A program made the position numbers and the translations under genes. A stretch of 64,000 nucleotides of DNA from a virus. Its lineage: Duplodnaviria; Caudoviricetes. Below, piece by piece: positions 1-8,165 of the stretch. The stretch spans positions 64,001 to 128,000 of the IMG/VR virus record IMGVR_UViG_3300010167_001484. One strand, written 5' to 3'. The notes below the pieces were generated by a model, which saw nothing but the letters and a program-made list of their open reading frames with translations, had not been told where the DNA came from and ran no database searches. Each line of letters starts with the position of its first letter. Position 1 is the stretch's first letter.

Positions 1-12
1 TTAACATCTGTT

Positions 13-198
13 GTGATTTGGGATATACTTCTTGATAATGGTCTTCAAGAATTGTGTGATATGCAACCTCATAATGATATATATCCTCGTGATGATGAAA
101 TATATGATTTAACATATAATTCAAACGCATCTATACTTGATCCTTATGTTAATTATAAAGAAGATCCAACTATTCTGGATACGCTACAATTGATATAA
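13..198 (+). CDS. hypothetical protein (probably the C-terminal part of a gene starting before the window)
   Basis: ORF at the window edge; ends just before the RBS of the next gene. Confidence 0.5.
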   Translation: MIWDILLDNGLQELCDMQPHNDIYPRDDEIYDLTYNSNASILDPYVNYKEDPTILDTLQLI

Positions 199-213
199 GG
201 AGGTGAATTTGTT

Positions 214-1332
214 TTGATAAAATTTACACAACTAGCAGATAGATTAGATTACCCTCCTATAATTAGGGCAGAATTATCTACACTTCATGCAAGTATTGTT
301 ACTCATGTGATAGATAATTTTCAGAATAATAGTATTTTCAAATCACATGTTATATCAGTTATGAATACTATTTCATATTATATACATGAAGGTGATGCAC
401 TTCCTAGTGATTGGTCAATTGATAAACCTCTTGAAAATATTGATATTATTGATTCATCTATATGTCAATCTACTTTGAATAAATTATTCATAAGAGTTAG
501 AAGTATAAGTTGGGATGTAGATGAGAAATTGAATAAGGATAAGCCTACAGTAGTTTCTGAATATTCTAGATCTGTAGATATACCTATAAAAGCTACTGAA
601 GCTGCTACAATAACAACTAAAGAAGATTTATATATAAGACCCCCTACAATACCTCAATTTGATATCACTAAACCTTGGTTGTATCAAGTGATAGATAATA
701 CTCCGTATGTTATATACAAATCTTTACCTGAAATACCGGTGATCCAGAATCAAATATCTGTAACAACAGATATAAATATGATGACTTCTGCAGATTTGTT
801 GAAATTATATCCAAACTGTTATATAAAAACTAGACCTGCTGTGATGTATGATTCTAATAATGGATTAAAATTAGATTCTAATGTAGGTATATTAATTCCT
901 ATAAAAGGATTCAGTCCTAAACAGGTTAGAGATAATATAATTAAATATCCTCATTGGTTCAAATTATCTCGTGTAGTAGATAATCAATCTGTTAGTTTTT
1001 ATCAAAATATTGAGATAGATGGGGAGCTTCATGATACACTGAAAGTATGGGATACCTTGCCTGATAGTAAGAAGATACCTAAAACGGCTGAATTTATTAG
1101 AGAATATGTAGTTAGAAGATATCTACTAGAACGCGATATAAAAAACATAAAACATAAGTACCCAATGTATGGTGATCTAGGACCATTCCTTATATTATTC
1201 ACTAGTCCTGCAGAATATAAGAAATTAGGTTATTCTAATGCAGTTGAATACGCTAAACAGTGTGTTTCATCAAGAGTAGCTTATAAAAGATCTCGAAATC
1301 CTATAATTCGTCTGACTATGGAGGTTAAATAG
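214..1332 (+). CDS. hypothetical protein upstream of the helicase loader/helicase (possible replication initiator)
   Basis: 372-aa ORF, strong RBS AAGGAGGTG, TTG start; function suggested by position only. Confidence 0.6.
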   Translation: MIKFTQLADRLDYPPIIRAELSTLHASIVTHVIDNFQNNSIFKSHVISVMNTISYYIHEGDALPSDWSIDKPLENIDIIDSSICQSTLNKLFIRVRSISWDVDEKLNKDKPTVVSEYSRSVDIPIKATEAATITTKEDLYIRPPTIPQFDITKPWLYQVIDNTPYVIYKSLPEIPVIQNQISVTTDINMMTSADLLKLYPNCYIKTRPAVMYDSNNGLKLDSNVGILIPIKGFSPKQVRDNIIKYPHWFKLSRVVDNQSVSFYQNIEIDGELHDTLKVWDTLPDSKKIPKTAEFIREYVVRRYLLERDIKNIKHKYPMYGDLGPFLILFTSPAEYKKLGYSNAVEYAKQCVSSRVAYKRSRNPIIRLTMEVK

Positions 1333-1333
1333 A

Positions 1334-1924
1334 GTGCACGATTGCATCTTTTCCGCCCACTGTGTTGAACAGATTTGTGATAAATCCTGCCCAACATATA
1401 CTGAGACATCATATCTGTTGGAGAGAAATAATATATCTTTAAGTAATCCAGTTTTCAATACTGCTGTTCAAGATTTAGATAGAGTGATTTCAATATTGAA
1501 TCAATCTAGTGGAAAATTTAAAGTTATCGTAGGTGATGATACATCTGCTATTGCTATGTTAGTAACTTATTGCGCGATTTGTAATAATTGGCAAGGTAGT
1601 AGACTTCAATGTAATGTATATAATTTGAAATTTTCTAATCATGTAGATGCTATTCAGAAGAGTTGGAATTATAAGAATTCTCCAGAAGCGTTAGAATATG
1701 AACAGATCTGGTCTCAAACTGCAAAAATTCTAATAATATCTAATTTAGATTTTGTACAATTTAAAGATTTTCAAGCACAAACATTATTGAATATAATACA
1801 TAATAGAAAGGATGGTGGATTAACTACAATTCTCGTAATACCTGACCCTGACAAGTTGATAGGTAGTGGAAGTTTTTTCCAGAGAATGAAGATATTATTC
1901 GAGGGATCTATAATGAGGTGGTAG
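1334..1924 (+). CDS. DnaC/DnaI-like helicase loader, degenerate ATPase
   Basis: N-terminal Cys cluster, ILIISNLD Walker-B-like strand, LLNIIHNR...TTILV DnaC-like segment; no intact Walker A; directly upstream of the helicase. Confidence 0.6.
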   Translation: MHDCIFSAHCVEQICDKSCPTYTETSYLLERNNISLSNPVFNTAVQDLDRVISILNQSSGKFKVIVGDDTSAIAMLVTYCAICNNWQGSRLQCNVYNLKFSNHVDAIQKSWNYKNSPEALEYEQIWSQTAKILIISNLDFVQFKDFQAQTLLNIIHNRKDGGLTTILVIPDPDKLIGSGSFFQRMKILFEGSIMRW

Positions 1925-1966
1925 GTTAGCGTACCCCCCAATTAAACTGATTGAGGGTGGACTTAG

Positions 1967-3328
1967 TTGGCAGTTACAAATATAGAATTGCAGATTATTT
2001 CTAAAATTCTAACAAGTGATAATATTGAAGAAATTAATGCACTGTGTAGTTTTGATAATTCTTACTATTCAGTGTTTAAATCACATATTGAATTTATATT
2101 AGATCATGTATCTAAATATAATAATCCTCCCGATGTATTCACATTTCAATCTGAATTTCCTGATATAACTTTAGTAAAAGTATCAGAGAAACTAGATTAT
2201 CTTATAGAAGAATTAAATAGAAATAAGCAACATATTATTCTTCTTGAAACCTTCAATAGATTGAAGGATCTAGGTTCTGCAGATGTTAAAGATGCTTGGC
2301 AGTATCTAAATAATCAATGTGATATTATATCTAGATTAGATACTACACAGCCTTTAGATGTTGTGAAAGATGCTCATAAACGTAGTGCTCAAATTGTTGA
2401 ATTTAATAAACAGAAAAGAATACCTACAGGTTTTGATGAAATAGATAAAGTAATGTATGGAGGGTTATCTACTGTAGAAGAACTTCTAATTATCATTGCT
2501 AGGACCAATTCCGGGAAGAGCTGGTTGGGTATGAAAATGATGGAATCTGCACAGAAACATGGATTTCCTGTATTATATTATTCTCCTGAGATGCAGAGTT
2601 CTTTTCTTGGAACACGATTTGATACTTGGAGGAAGAATTTTCCAAATAATAAATTATATCAAGGAATTTATACAGAAGATTATTTCAGATATTTAGATGA
2701 ATTGTCTGAAGAAGAAACTAGTGCATTTATTGTAGAAGATAAAGATGTAGCTGGAGGAGAAGTAAATGTAAATTCTCTCAAAATTCTTATAAAGAAATAT
2801 AAGATAAAGTTATTAGTTGTAGATGGATTATCTTATATGGCAGATGTTCAAAAAGCTATACCTGATCATATTAAATTCAAGAATATTTGTAATGCTTTAT
2901 TTCGTTTAAGCAAACAGCATGGTTGTGCTGTGGTAGTTATGGTTCAAGCTAGTAGAGATGCTCAAACAACAAAGGACGCGAAGGGCGAGGTCTTTCCTAA
3001 CCTGTATCATGTTGAGGGAAGCGATCATCCAGCTCGTATCGCTACACAAGTTTTTGCAATGAGACAAATATTTGATAAAAATGTTTTAGATATTCGGTTA
3101 GAAAAAACAAGAACAGCAGCTAATACTAAACCTGAATTTTCATATGCATGGGATATCAATACAGGAAATATTAGATTAATTCCTAGTAGTGAATCTGATA
3201 TGGTTACAGCAGCTATAACTCCAACTGTCAATGTTATGCGACCTGGTGGATATGTACCTGAAGGTGTTCCTTTACCTCCAGGTGTGATTGACGATATAGT
3301 TCTAGACGAAGGCGAAATTGAATTTTAG
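1967..3328 (+). CDS. DnaB-like replicative helicase
   Basis: IPTGFDEID, ARTNSGKS Walker A, SPEM, LLVVDGL Walker B, QASR motif. Confidence 0.9.
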   Translation: MAVTNIELQIISKILTSDNIEEINALCSFDNSYYSVFKSHIEFILDHVSKYNNPPDVFTFQSEFPDITLVKVSEKLDYLIEELNRNKQHIILLETFNRLKDLGSADVKDAWQYLNNQCDIISRLDTTQPLDVVKDAHKRSAQIVEFNKQKRIPTGFDEIDKVMYGGLSTVEELLIIIARTNSGKSWLGMKMMESAQKHGFPVLYYSPEMQSSFLGTRFDTWRKNFPNNKLYQGIYTEDYFRYLDELSEEETSAFIVEDKDVAGGEVNVNSLKILIKKYKIKLLVVDGLSYMADVQKAIPDHIKFKNICNALFRLSKQHGCAVVVMVQASRDAQTTKDAKGEVFPNLYHVEGSDHPARIATQVFAMRQIFDKNVLDIRLEKTRTAANTKPEFSYAWDINTGNIRLIPSSESDMVTAAITPTVNVMRPGGYVPEGVPLPPGVIDDIVLDEGEIEF

Positions 3329-3340
3329 CAAGGTGATTTT

Positions 3341-4015
3341 ATGCAAGAAGTAATCTGGAAGGATATAGAGGGATACGAAGGTAGATATCAAATATCTAAT
3401 TTAGGTGAAGTTAAAAGTCTTATTAGGAATATCATATTAAAACCAGGATCTACAAGTGTAAGAAAACAGGGATATAAACTAGTGTTATTATCTGGACCTC
3501 ATCCTTTAACTGGTAATCAATCAGGTGCATATACGGTTCATCGTCTTGTAGCTGAAGCTTTTATCCCTAATCCTGAAAATAAACCTTGTGTTAATCATAA
3601 AGATGGAGATTCAAATAATTGTTGTGTTAAAAATCTTGAATGGGTAACATATTCTGAAAATATGAAGCATTCTTATGCTATAGGTCAACGTGTTGTAACA
3701 GATAAACAGTTAGCTGCCGCTAGAATTAATGGATGTAAAACCTATAAGAATAATTTAAAATTCCCTATTGAAGAAGCTACTAAACTATCTATAGCCGTTA
3801 CATCAAAATCTGTTAGATGTCTTAATAATAATGAAACATATGTAAGTATGAATGAGGCGGATAGACAATTAGGTTTACCTATAGGCTCAGTATCTAGAAG
3901 TATAATATCAGGTAGACCTGTCTATGGATGTTCTTTTGAAAGGGTATATTCAAATAATTCTGAGGGACATTCAAATAATGTGAAAGGTAACATAGAAAGT
4001 ATGAAATTATTCTAA
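3341..4015 (+). CDS. NUMOD4-HNH homing endonuclease
   Basis: [17 protein letters not shown] (NUMOD4); [20 protein letters not shown]...NLEW (HNH). Confidence 0.92.
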   Translation: MQEVIWKDIEGYEGRYQISNLGEVKSLIRNIILKPGSTSVRKQGYKLVLLSGPHPLTGNQSGAYTVHRLVAEAFIPNPENKPCVNHKDGDSNNCCVKNLEWVTYSENMKHSYAIGQRVVTDKQLAAARINGCKTYKNNLKFPIEEATKLSIAVTSKSVRCLNNNETYVSMNEADRQLGLPIGSVSRSIISGRPVYGCSFERVYSNNSEGHSNNVKGNIESMKLF

Positions 4016-4024
4016 TTTGAATAA

Positions 4025-4123
4025 TCGTATAAATATACGAAAAAATCGTATAAATATACGAAGTGTGAGTCTTGCCCATATCGCAGCGAGCATTTCAGTG
4101 AAATTTATTAAATAAATATACGA
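4025..4123. repeat. copy 1 of a ~100-bp element with TCGTATA-AA-TATACGA palindromic boxes and a CCATATCGCAGCGAGCAT core
   Basis: boxes at 4025-4040 and 4046-4061, degenerate box at 4108-4123; closely similar to 31206-31303. Confidence 0.9.
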
Positions 4124-4125
4124 AA

Positions 4126-4350
4126 TTGAGGTACAATAAATTGGATGAAAATACAATTACTGTAATAGATCGTGATTTAGCTCAAGTTAAATTTGACGGT
4201 CTAGAAGAACTTCAGAAGCGTAATAATTTGATTGCAGAAATATCATTAAAAGAGTATAATAAAGGATACATGGCTGCTATAGAAGATTGTAAGAAGTATT
4301 TGTCTTATGCACAATTTTTTAAATATATGAAGGAGAAAGAAAGTGAATAA
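4126..4350 (+). CDS. hypothetical protein
   Basis: ORF in operon context; start uncertain. Confidence 0.5.
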   Translation: MRYNKLDENTITVIDRDLAQVKFDGLEELQKRNNLIAEISLKEYNKGYMAAIEDCKKYLSYAQFFKYMKEKESE

Positions 4351-4921
4351 TGAATTAAAGGGAATCCAAAATAAAGAGATAATACTATTTGATTTGAATT
4401 CTGATATATGTGATGCTTGGAGAGAAGTATTTGAAGATGTAGATTGTATTCAAATATGTAATTGTGATTTGAGTGAATTACCTGATGTAAACTGTATAGT
4501 TACTGCAGGTAATAGTTTTGGTGCAATGTCAGGCGGTATAGATTTAGCTGTAAGAGATATGTTTGGTCAAGAACTTCAAGATATCATACAGCTAGAGATA
4601 ATGAAATATCATCCTCATGGAATGGATGTAGGTACAGTATTAACAGTTAAGTTAGAAACCGTTAATATAATGTACGCACCTACTATGAGAGTACCTCAAT
4701 TTGCTAGACCTCTTGATATAGCATATGTGATGTCAGTGATTATAAAAGTATTCATAGATTTTGATTGGGAATCAATTGCTATCTGTGGATTAGGTTCAGG
4801 TACAGGTCAATTAGTTCCTAGTATTTGTGCTAGTATGATGTATACGGGCTATAATACAGCTATAAAATTATTAGAAGATGAGATGAATATGGTAGAAGAA
4901 GTAGAAGGTGAGGTAGAATGA
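4343..4921 (+). CDS. macro domain (ADP-ribose binding/hydrolase) protein
   Basis: IVTAGNSFGAMSGGIDLAV, APTMRVP and GLGSGTG motifs. Confidence 0.85.
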   Translation: MNNELKGIQNKEIILFDLNSDICDAWREVFEDVDCIQICNCDLSELPDVNCIVTAGNSFGAMSGGIDLAVRDMFGQELQDIIQLEIMKYHPHGMDVGTVLTVKLETVNIMYAPTMRVPQFARPLDIAYVMSVIIKVFIDFDWESIAICGLGSGTGQLVPSICASMMYTGYNTAIKLLEDEMNMVEEVEGEVE

Positions 4922-4924
4922 TTT

Positions 4925-5116
4925 TTGGCTAAATTTGTCTGTGATTATATTCACGATTATAGTATTGATGATAAGTGTGGTAATTATGAACCTGGAGGGG
5001 TGACAGATTTTAGATGTGACTGTAAGCATTTAAATCTGGTCTACTGTAATTGTGAGATAGAAATAGCAAATATGTTAAATAGCATTAGAAGAAAGGAGGT
5101 GAAACATAATGGGTAA
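4925..5116 (+). CDS. small Cys-rich hypothetical protein
   Basis: ORF with RBS, tightly packed. Confidence 0.5.
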   Translation: MAKFVCDYIHDYSIDDKCGNYEPGGVTDFRCDCKHLNLVYCNCEIEIANMLNSIRRKEVKHNG

Positions 5117-5309
5117 CAAACCGAATGCAGCTCAAATAACAAGTGGTCTTGCAAAATTAGGTGGAGGTCCTACAAAAGATGGTGGTGGAGGTATATTAGG
5201 TGGATTGAATAACATTGCTAGAGTTATGTATGAAGCAGGTCAGAATCAAAAGAGTATTACAAGTGTTAGTATTCCTATGATAGATTCTAGTGAAGATAAG
5301 AAGGGCTAA
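5109..5309 (+). CDS. hypothetical Gly-rich protein
   Basis: RBS AAAGGAGGTG, ATG start. Confidence 0.6.
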   Translation: MGNKPNAAQITSGLAKLGGGPTKDGGGGILGGLNNIARVMYEAGQNQKSITSVSIPMIDSSEDKKG

Positions 5310-5312
5310 TAG

Positions 5313-6338
5313 TTGGATATAGTCAAGATTGTAGAAATACTAGATCAAAAAGGTATGATAAGGTTACATCGTATCATAGGTAATTATTATCAGATTTATT
5401 GTCCATTTCATAAATCTGGTCAAGAAAGAAAAGCTTCTTTTGGTATATTAATTCAAGAAGAAATAAGGGCAGGTAAGGTGTATCCGCAAGGATGGGCGCA
5501 TTGCTTCACATGCTCCTATGTCAATACTTTACCTGGTATGATTGAAGATATTCTTAAATCTAGATCCATTCAACAATCAGGATTAGATTGGTTAAAGGAT
5601 AATATTGACGGTGTAGATGAAGTATCTGAATTTGATTATCTTATTCCACCTGATATGTCCGAATATATGTTACATGCATGGGATCAATCCAAAATTGCAG
5701 TTCAAAATATTCAGAATATGAATAAACCTAAATATAATTATATAGGTGAAGACGAACTTGCAAGTTATAGATTCACAGTACCATATATGTATGAACGTGG
5801 ATTGTCTGATGAAATAATAGAAAAATATGATATTGGTTATGATGCAAATTTTAAATTACCTGGCAGAAATGAGATCACACCTACATTAACATTTCCTGTG
5901 AGAGATATCGAAGGTCGTACTCAATTCATATATAGAAGAGGGGTTTCTGTAAAATTATTCTATATGCCATCTGGATTGATTAAACCGCTGTATGGAATAT
6001 TTGAATTAGATAAGAATGTAAAACGTCTTGTAATATGTGAAGCTATTTTAAACGCCTTGAAGGTCGTTTCGTTTGGAGAATCTGCTATAGCTTTGATGGC
6101 AACCGGCAATAGTCAGCAGATAGAAGATGTTAAACGTCTAGGAATAAGGGAGGTTATATTAGGTTTTGATGTAGATGAAGCAGGTGAACGTGCTGAAAGG
6201 AAGTGGAAGAGAGCACTTAAAGACGTTGCAATAGTTTGGTCTTATAGAGGTTATCCACAGAAAGGTGATGATAGTGGTGAATTTAAAGATTTGAATGATT
6301 TAGATATTGAAGAGTTTAAATCACTTGAATTAGTGTAA
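5313..6338 (+). CDS. DNA primase (CHC2 Zn finger + TOPRIM)
   Basis: CPFH...CFTC Zn finger; ICEA and FDVDEAG TOPRIM motifs; KDLND. Confidence 0.9.
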   Translation: MDIVKIVEILDQKGMIRLHRIIGNYYQIYCPFHKSGQERKASFGILIQEEIRAGKVYPQGWAHCFTCSYVNTLPGMIEDILKSRSIQQSGLDWLKDNIDGVDEVSEFDYLIPPDMSEYMLHAWDQSKIAVQNIQNMNKPKYNYIGEDELASYRFTVPYMYERGLSDEIIEKYDIGYDANFKLPGRNEITPTLTFPVRDIEGRTQFIYRRGVSVKLFYMPSGLIKPLYGIFELDKNVKRLVICEAILNALKVVSFGESAIALMATGNSQQIEDVKRLGIREVILGFDVDEAGERAERKWKRALKDVAIVWSYRGYPQKGDDSGEFKDLNDLDIEEFKSLELV

Positions 6339-6349
6339 GGAGAGAGATA

Positions 6350-6865
6350 ATGTCAAGCGTATTCTTCACAGCGGATCAACATTTTGGTCATAAGAATATC
6401 TTAGTATATGAGGAGCGTCCATTTGAATCTGTAGAAGAGATGGATGAACATATGATATTGCAATGGAACAAGTCTGTGAATGATAGTGATATGGTATTTG
6501 TAGTAGGTGATTTTAGTTTCTATAATAAACATAAAACAACTGAGATTTTGAAACAACTTAGAGGTGATAAAATTCTAATAAAAGGTAATCATGATAAATG
6601 GAGTAATAGACGGTATATCGAATGTGGATTCGATGAAGTGAGTAATTACTCTATAATATTAGAAGAGTGGATAATTCTTCAACATAAACCACCTACATAT
6701 TTTAATAGTCGCATGCCTTACTTCTACATTTACGGTCATGTGCATTCTACACCTATGTATGAAACTGTAACACAACAATCAGCTTGTGTATCAGTGGAAA
6801 GATGGGATTATAGACCTATAACTATAGATGATATCCAGTATATGATTGAAGAGGAGTTAGTTTAA
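6350..6865 (+). CDS. calcineurin-like metallophosphoesterase
   Basis: ADQHFGH, VGDF, KGNHD, GHVH motifs. Confidence 0.9.
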   Translation: MSSVFFTADQHFGHKNILVYEERPFESVEEMDEHMILQWNKSVNDSDMVFVVGDFSFYNKHKTTEILKQLRGDKILIKGNHDKWSNRRYIECGFDEVSNYSIILEEWIILQHKPPTYFNSRMPYFYIYGHVHSTPMYETVTQQSACVSVERWDYRPITIDDIQYMIEEELV

Positions 6866-7792
6866 TTGATTTCAATACTACAAAATATGTTCGAAAAATT
6901 AATAAATATGATCTCCAGTTTATTCAAAACTAGTAAAGATTCTTCAGAAATTAGTATAGATTATTCCGAAATTGAAGGAATAGCTATATATCCATCTGAG
7001 GGGAATATTGTTAAATATAATTCTTCATTCATGTTAGATTATACTAATAAGGATGAAGGGTATGTAATTGGTACATATTTAGGTAATGATGGTAAGAAAT
7101 GTAAAGTAAGGATCACACATTCTGGAGATGGATTCAATTTCTCAGCATTTTTAGGTAAATCTATGGTATATCCACTTACATATGGTGATGGTAAATATAA
7201 GATAGAGATATTTCAACAAACTGAAGGTACTAAGTATAGAATAATCATGTCATTAACAATCACAGTTGTTTTACGAGATAAATTATTACCTAATCTGTAC
7301 CCTAATACATATGTTAATTATACTGAAAATTCTAAATGTGTAGCTAAAGCACAAGATATATGTATCGGATTGAAAACTGATGTACAGAAATCAAAAGCTA
7401 TCTATGATTGGATATGTAATAATATCAAATATGATTTTAAGAAAGCAGTTATACTTATAGATCAACCTGATGCTTCTCATTGGTTTGTACCTGATCCCGA
7501 TGAAGTACTTCAAGAAGGTAAATGTATATGTTTTGGATATGCATCACTTTTTGCAGCTATGCATCGTTGTTTAGGTATACCTTGTAGGATAGCTATAGGT
7601 AATGTAGATGGAGGAGGTCGTCATGCATGGAATGAAGTATATTGGAGTACCTCAGGGTCTATTAATAAACATCTAGATATACCTGCAAAGAAATTTAAAA
7701 CTATAGATGTCACTTCTGATATATCCAGAGGCAGTAGAGCAATAGCTGATTTAATTAATAACAACAAATATGTAACAGAGTATAGAGGGTGA
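6866..7792 (+). CDS. transglutaminase-like (Cys-His-Asp) domain protein
   Basis: CICFGYASLFAAMHRCLGIPCR..HAWNEV..IDVT. Confidence 0.85.
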   Translation: MISILQNMFEKLINMISSLFKTSKDSSEISIDYSEIEGIAIYPSEGNIVKYNSSFMLDYTNKDEGYVIGTYLGNDGKKCKVRITHSGDGFNFSAFLGKSMVYPLTYGDGKYKIEIFQQTEGTKYRIIMSLTITVVLRDKLLPNLYPNTYVNYTENSKCVAKAQDICIGLKTDVQKSKAIYDWICNNIKYDFKKAVILIDQPDASHWFVPDPDEVLQEGKCICFGYASLFAAMHRCLGIPCRIAIGNVDGGGRHAWNEVYWSTSGSINKHLDIPAKKFKTIDVTSDISRGSRAIADLINNNKYVTEYRG

Positions 7793-7796
7793 TATA

Positions 7797-8006
7797 GTGG
7801 GTAAACTTAATGTTAAATGTTTCACATGTCTTGCTAAAGAGATATGTAAATATAAGGATGATTATGAACAAGGAATACATAATTTAGAAGATGTATTATT
7901 GAAACCTGATATAACTATACGAAATACACAGTGGCTCGATATTGAACTTCATTGTAGATTTTATATGAATATACACGGTGATTATGATAAAAAATCTAGT
8001 AATTAG
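7797..8006 (+). CDS. hypothetical protein
   Basis: ORF with RBS and a CxxC motif. Confidence 0.55.
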   Translation: MGKLNVKCFTCLAKEICKYKDDYEQGIHNLEDVLLKPDITIRNTQWLDIELHCRFYMNIHGDYDKKSSN

Positions 8007-8157
8007 AATTAAACAATACTTTAACATTAGATGCAATAATTCTACTGATTTTATTGTAGAATATTCTTGTAACGGTTGTTTATATAATAGTAAGGATTGT
8101 ATTTATTATCTAGCTTGTGGTCCTGATAGAGAATTATACATACCTGATGAACTTTAA
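7984..8157 (+). CDS. small Cys-rich hypothetical protein (57 aa, not in the ORF track)
   Basis: ATG at 7984 to TAA at 8157 (MIKNLVIRIKQYFNIRC...); fills the gap before the RNR gene. Confidence 0.5.
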   Translation: MIKNLVIRIKQYFNIRCNNSTDFIVEYSCNGCLYNSKDCIYYLACGPDRELYIPDEL

Positions 8158-8165
8158 GGAGATTC

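Noticed and set aside
1933-1960. Hairpin over the helicase RBS as a regulatory element
   Set aside because: Short, mismatched stem; plausible but too weak to support from sequence alone
4025-4061. True loxP site
   Set aside because: Only the inner TCGTATA/TATACGA matches; the spacer is 2 bp instead of 8 and the outer ATAAC arm is absent
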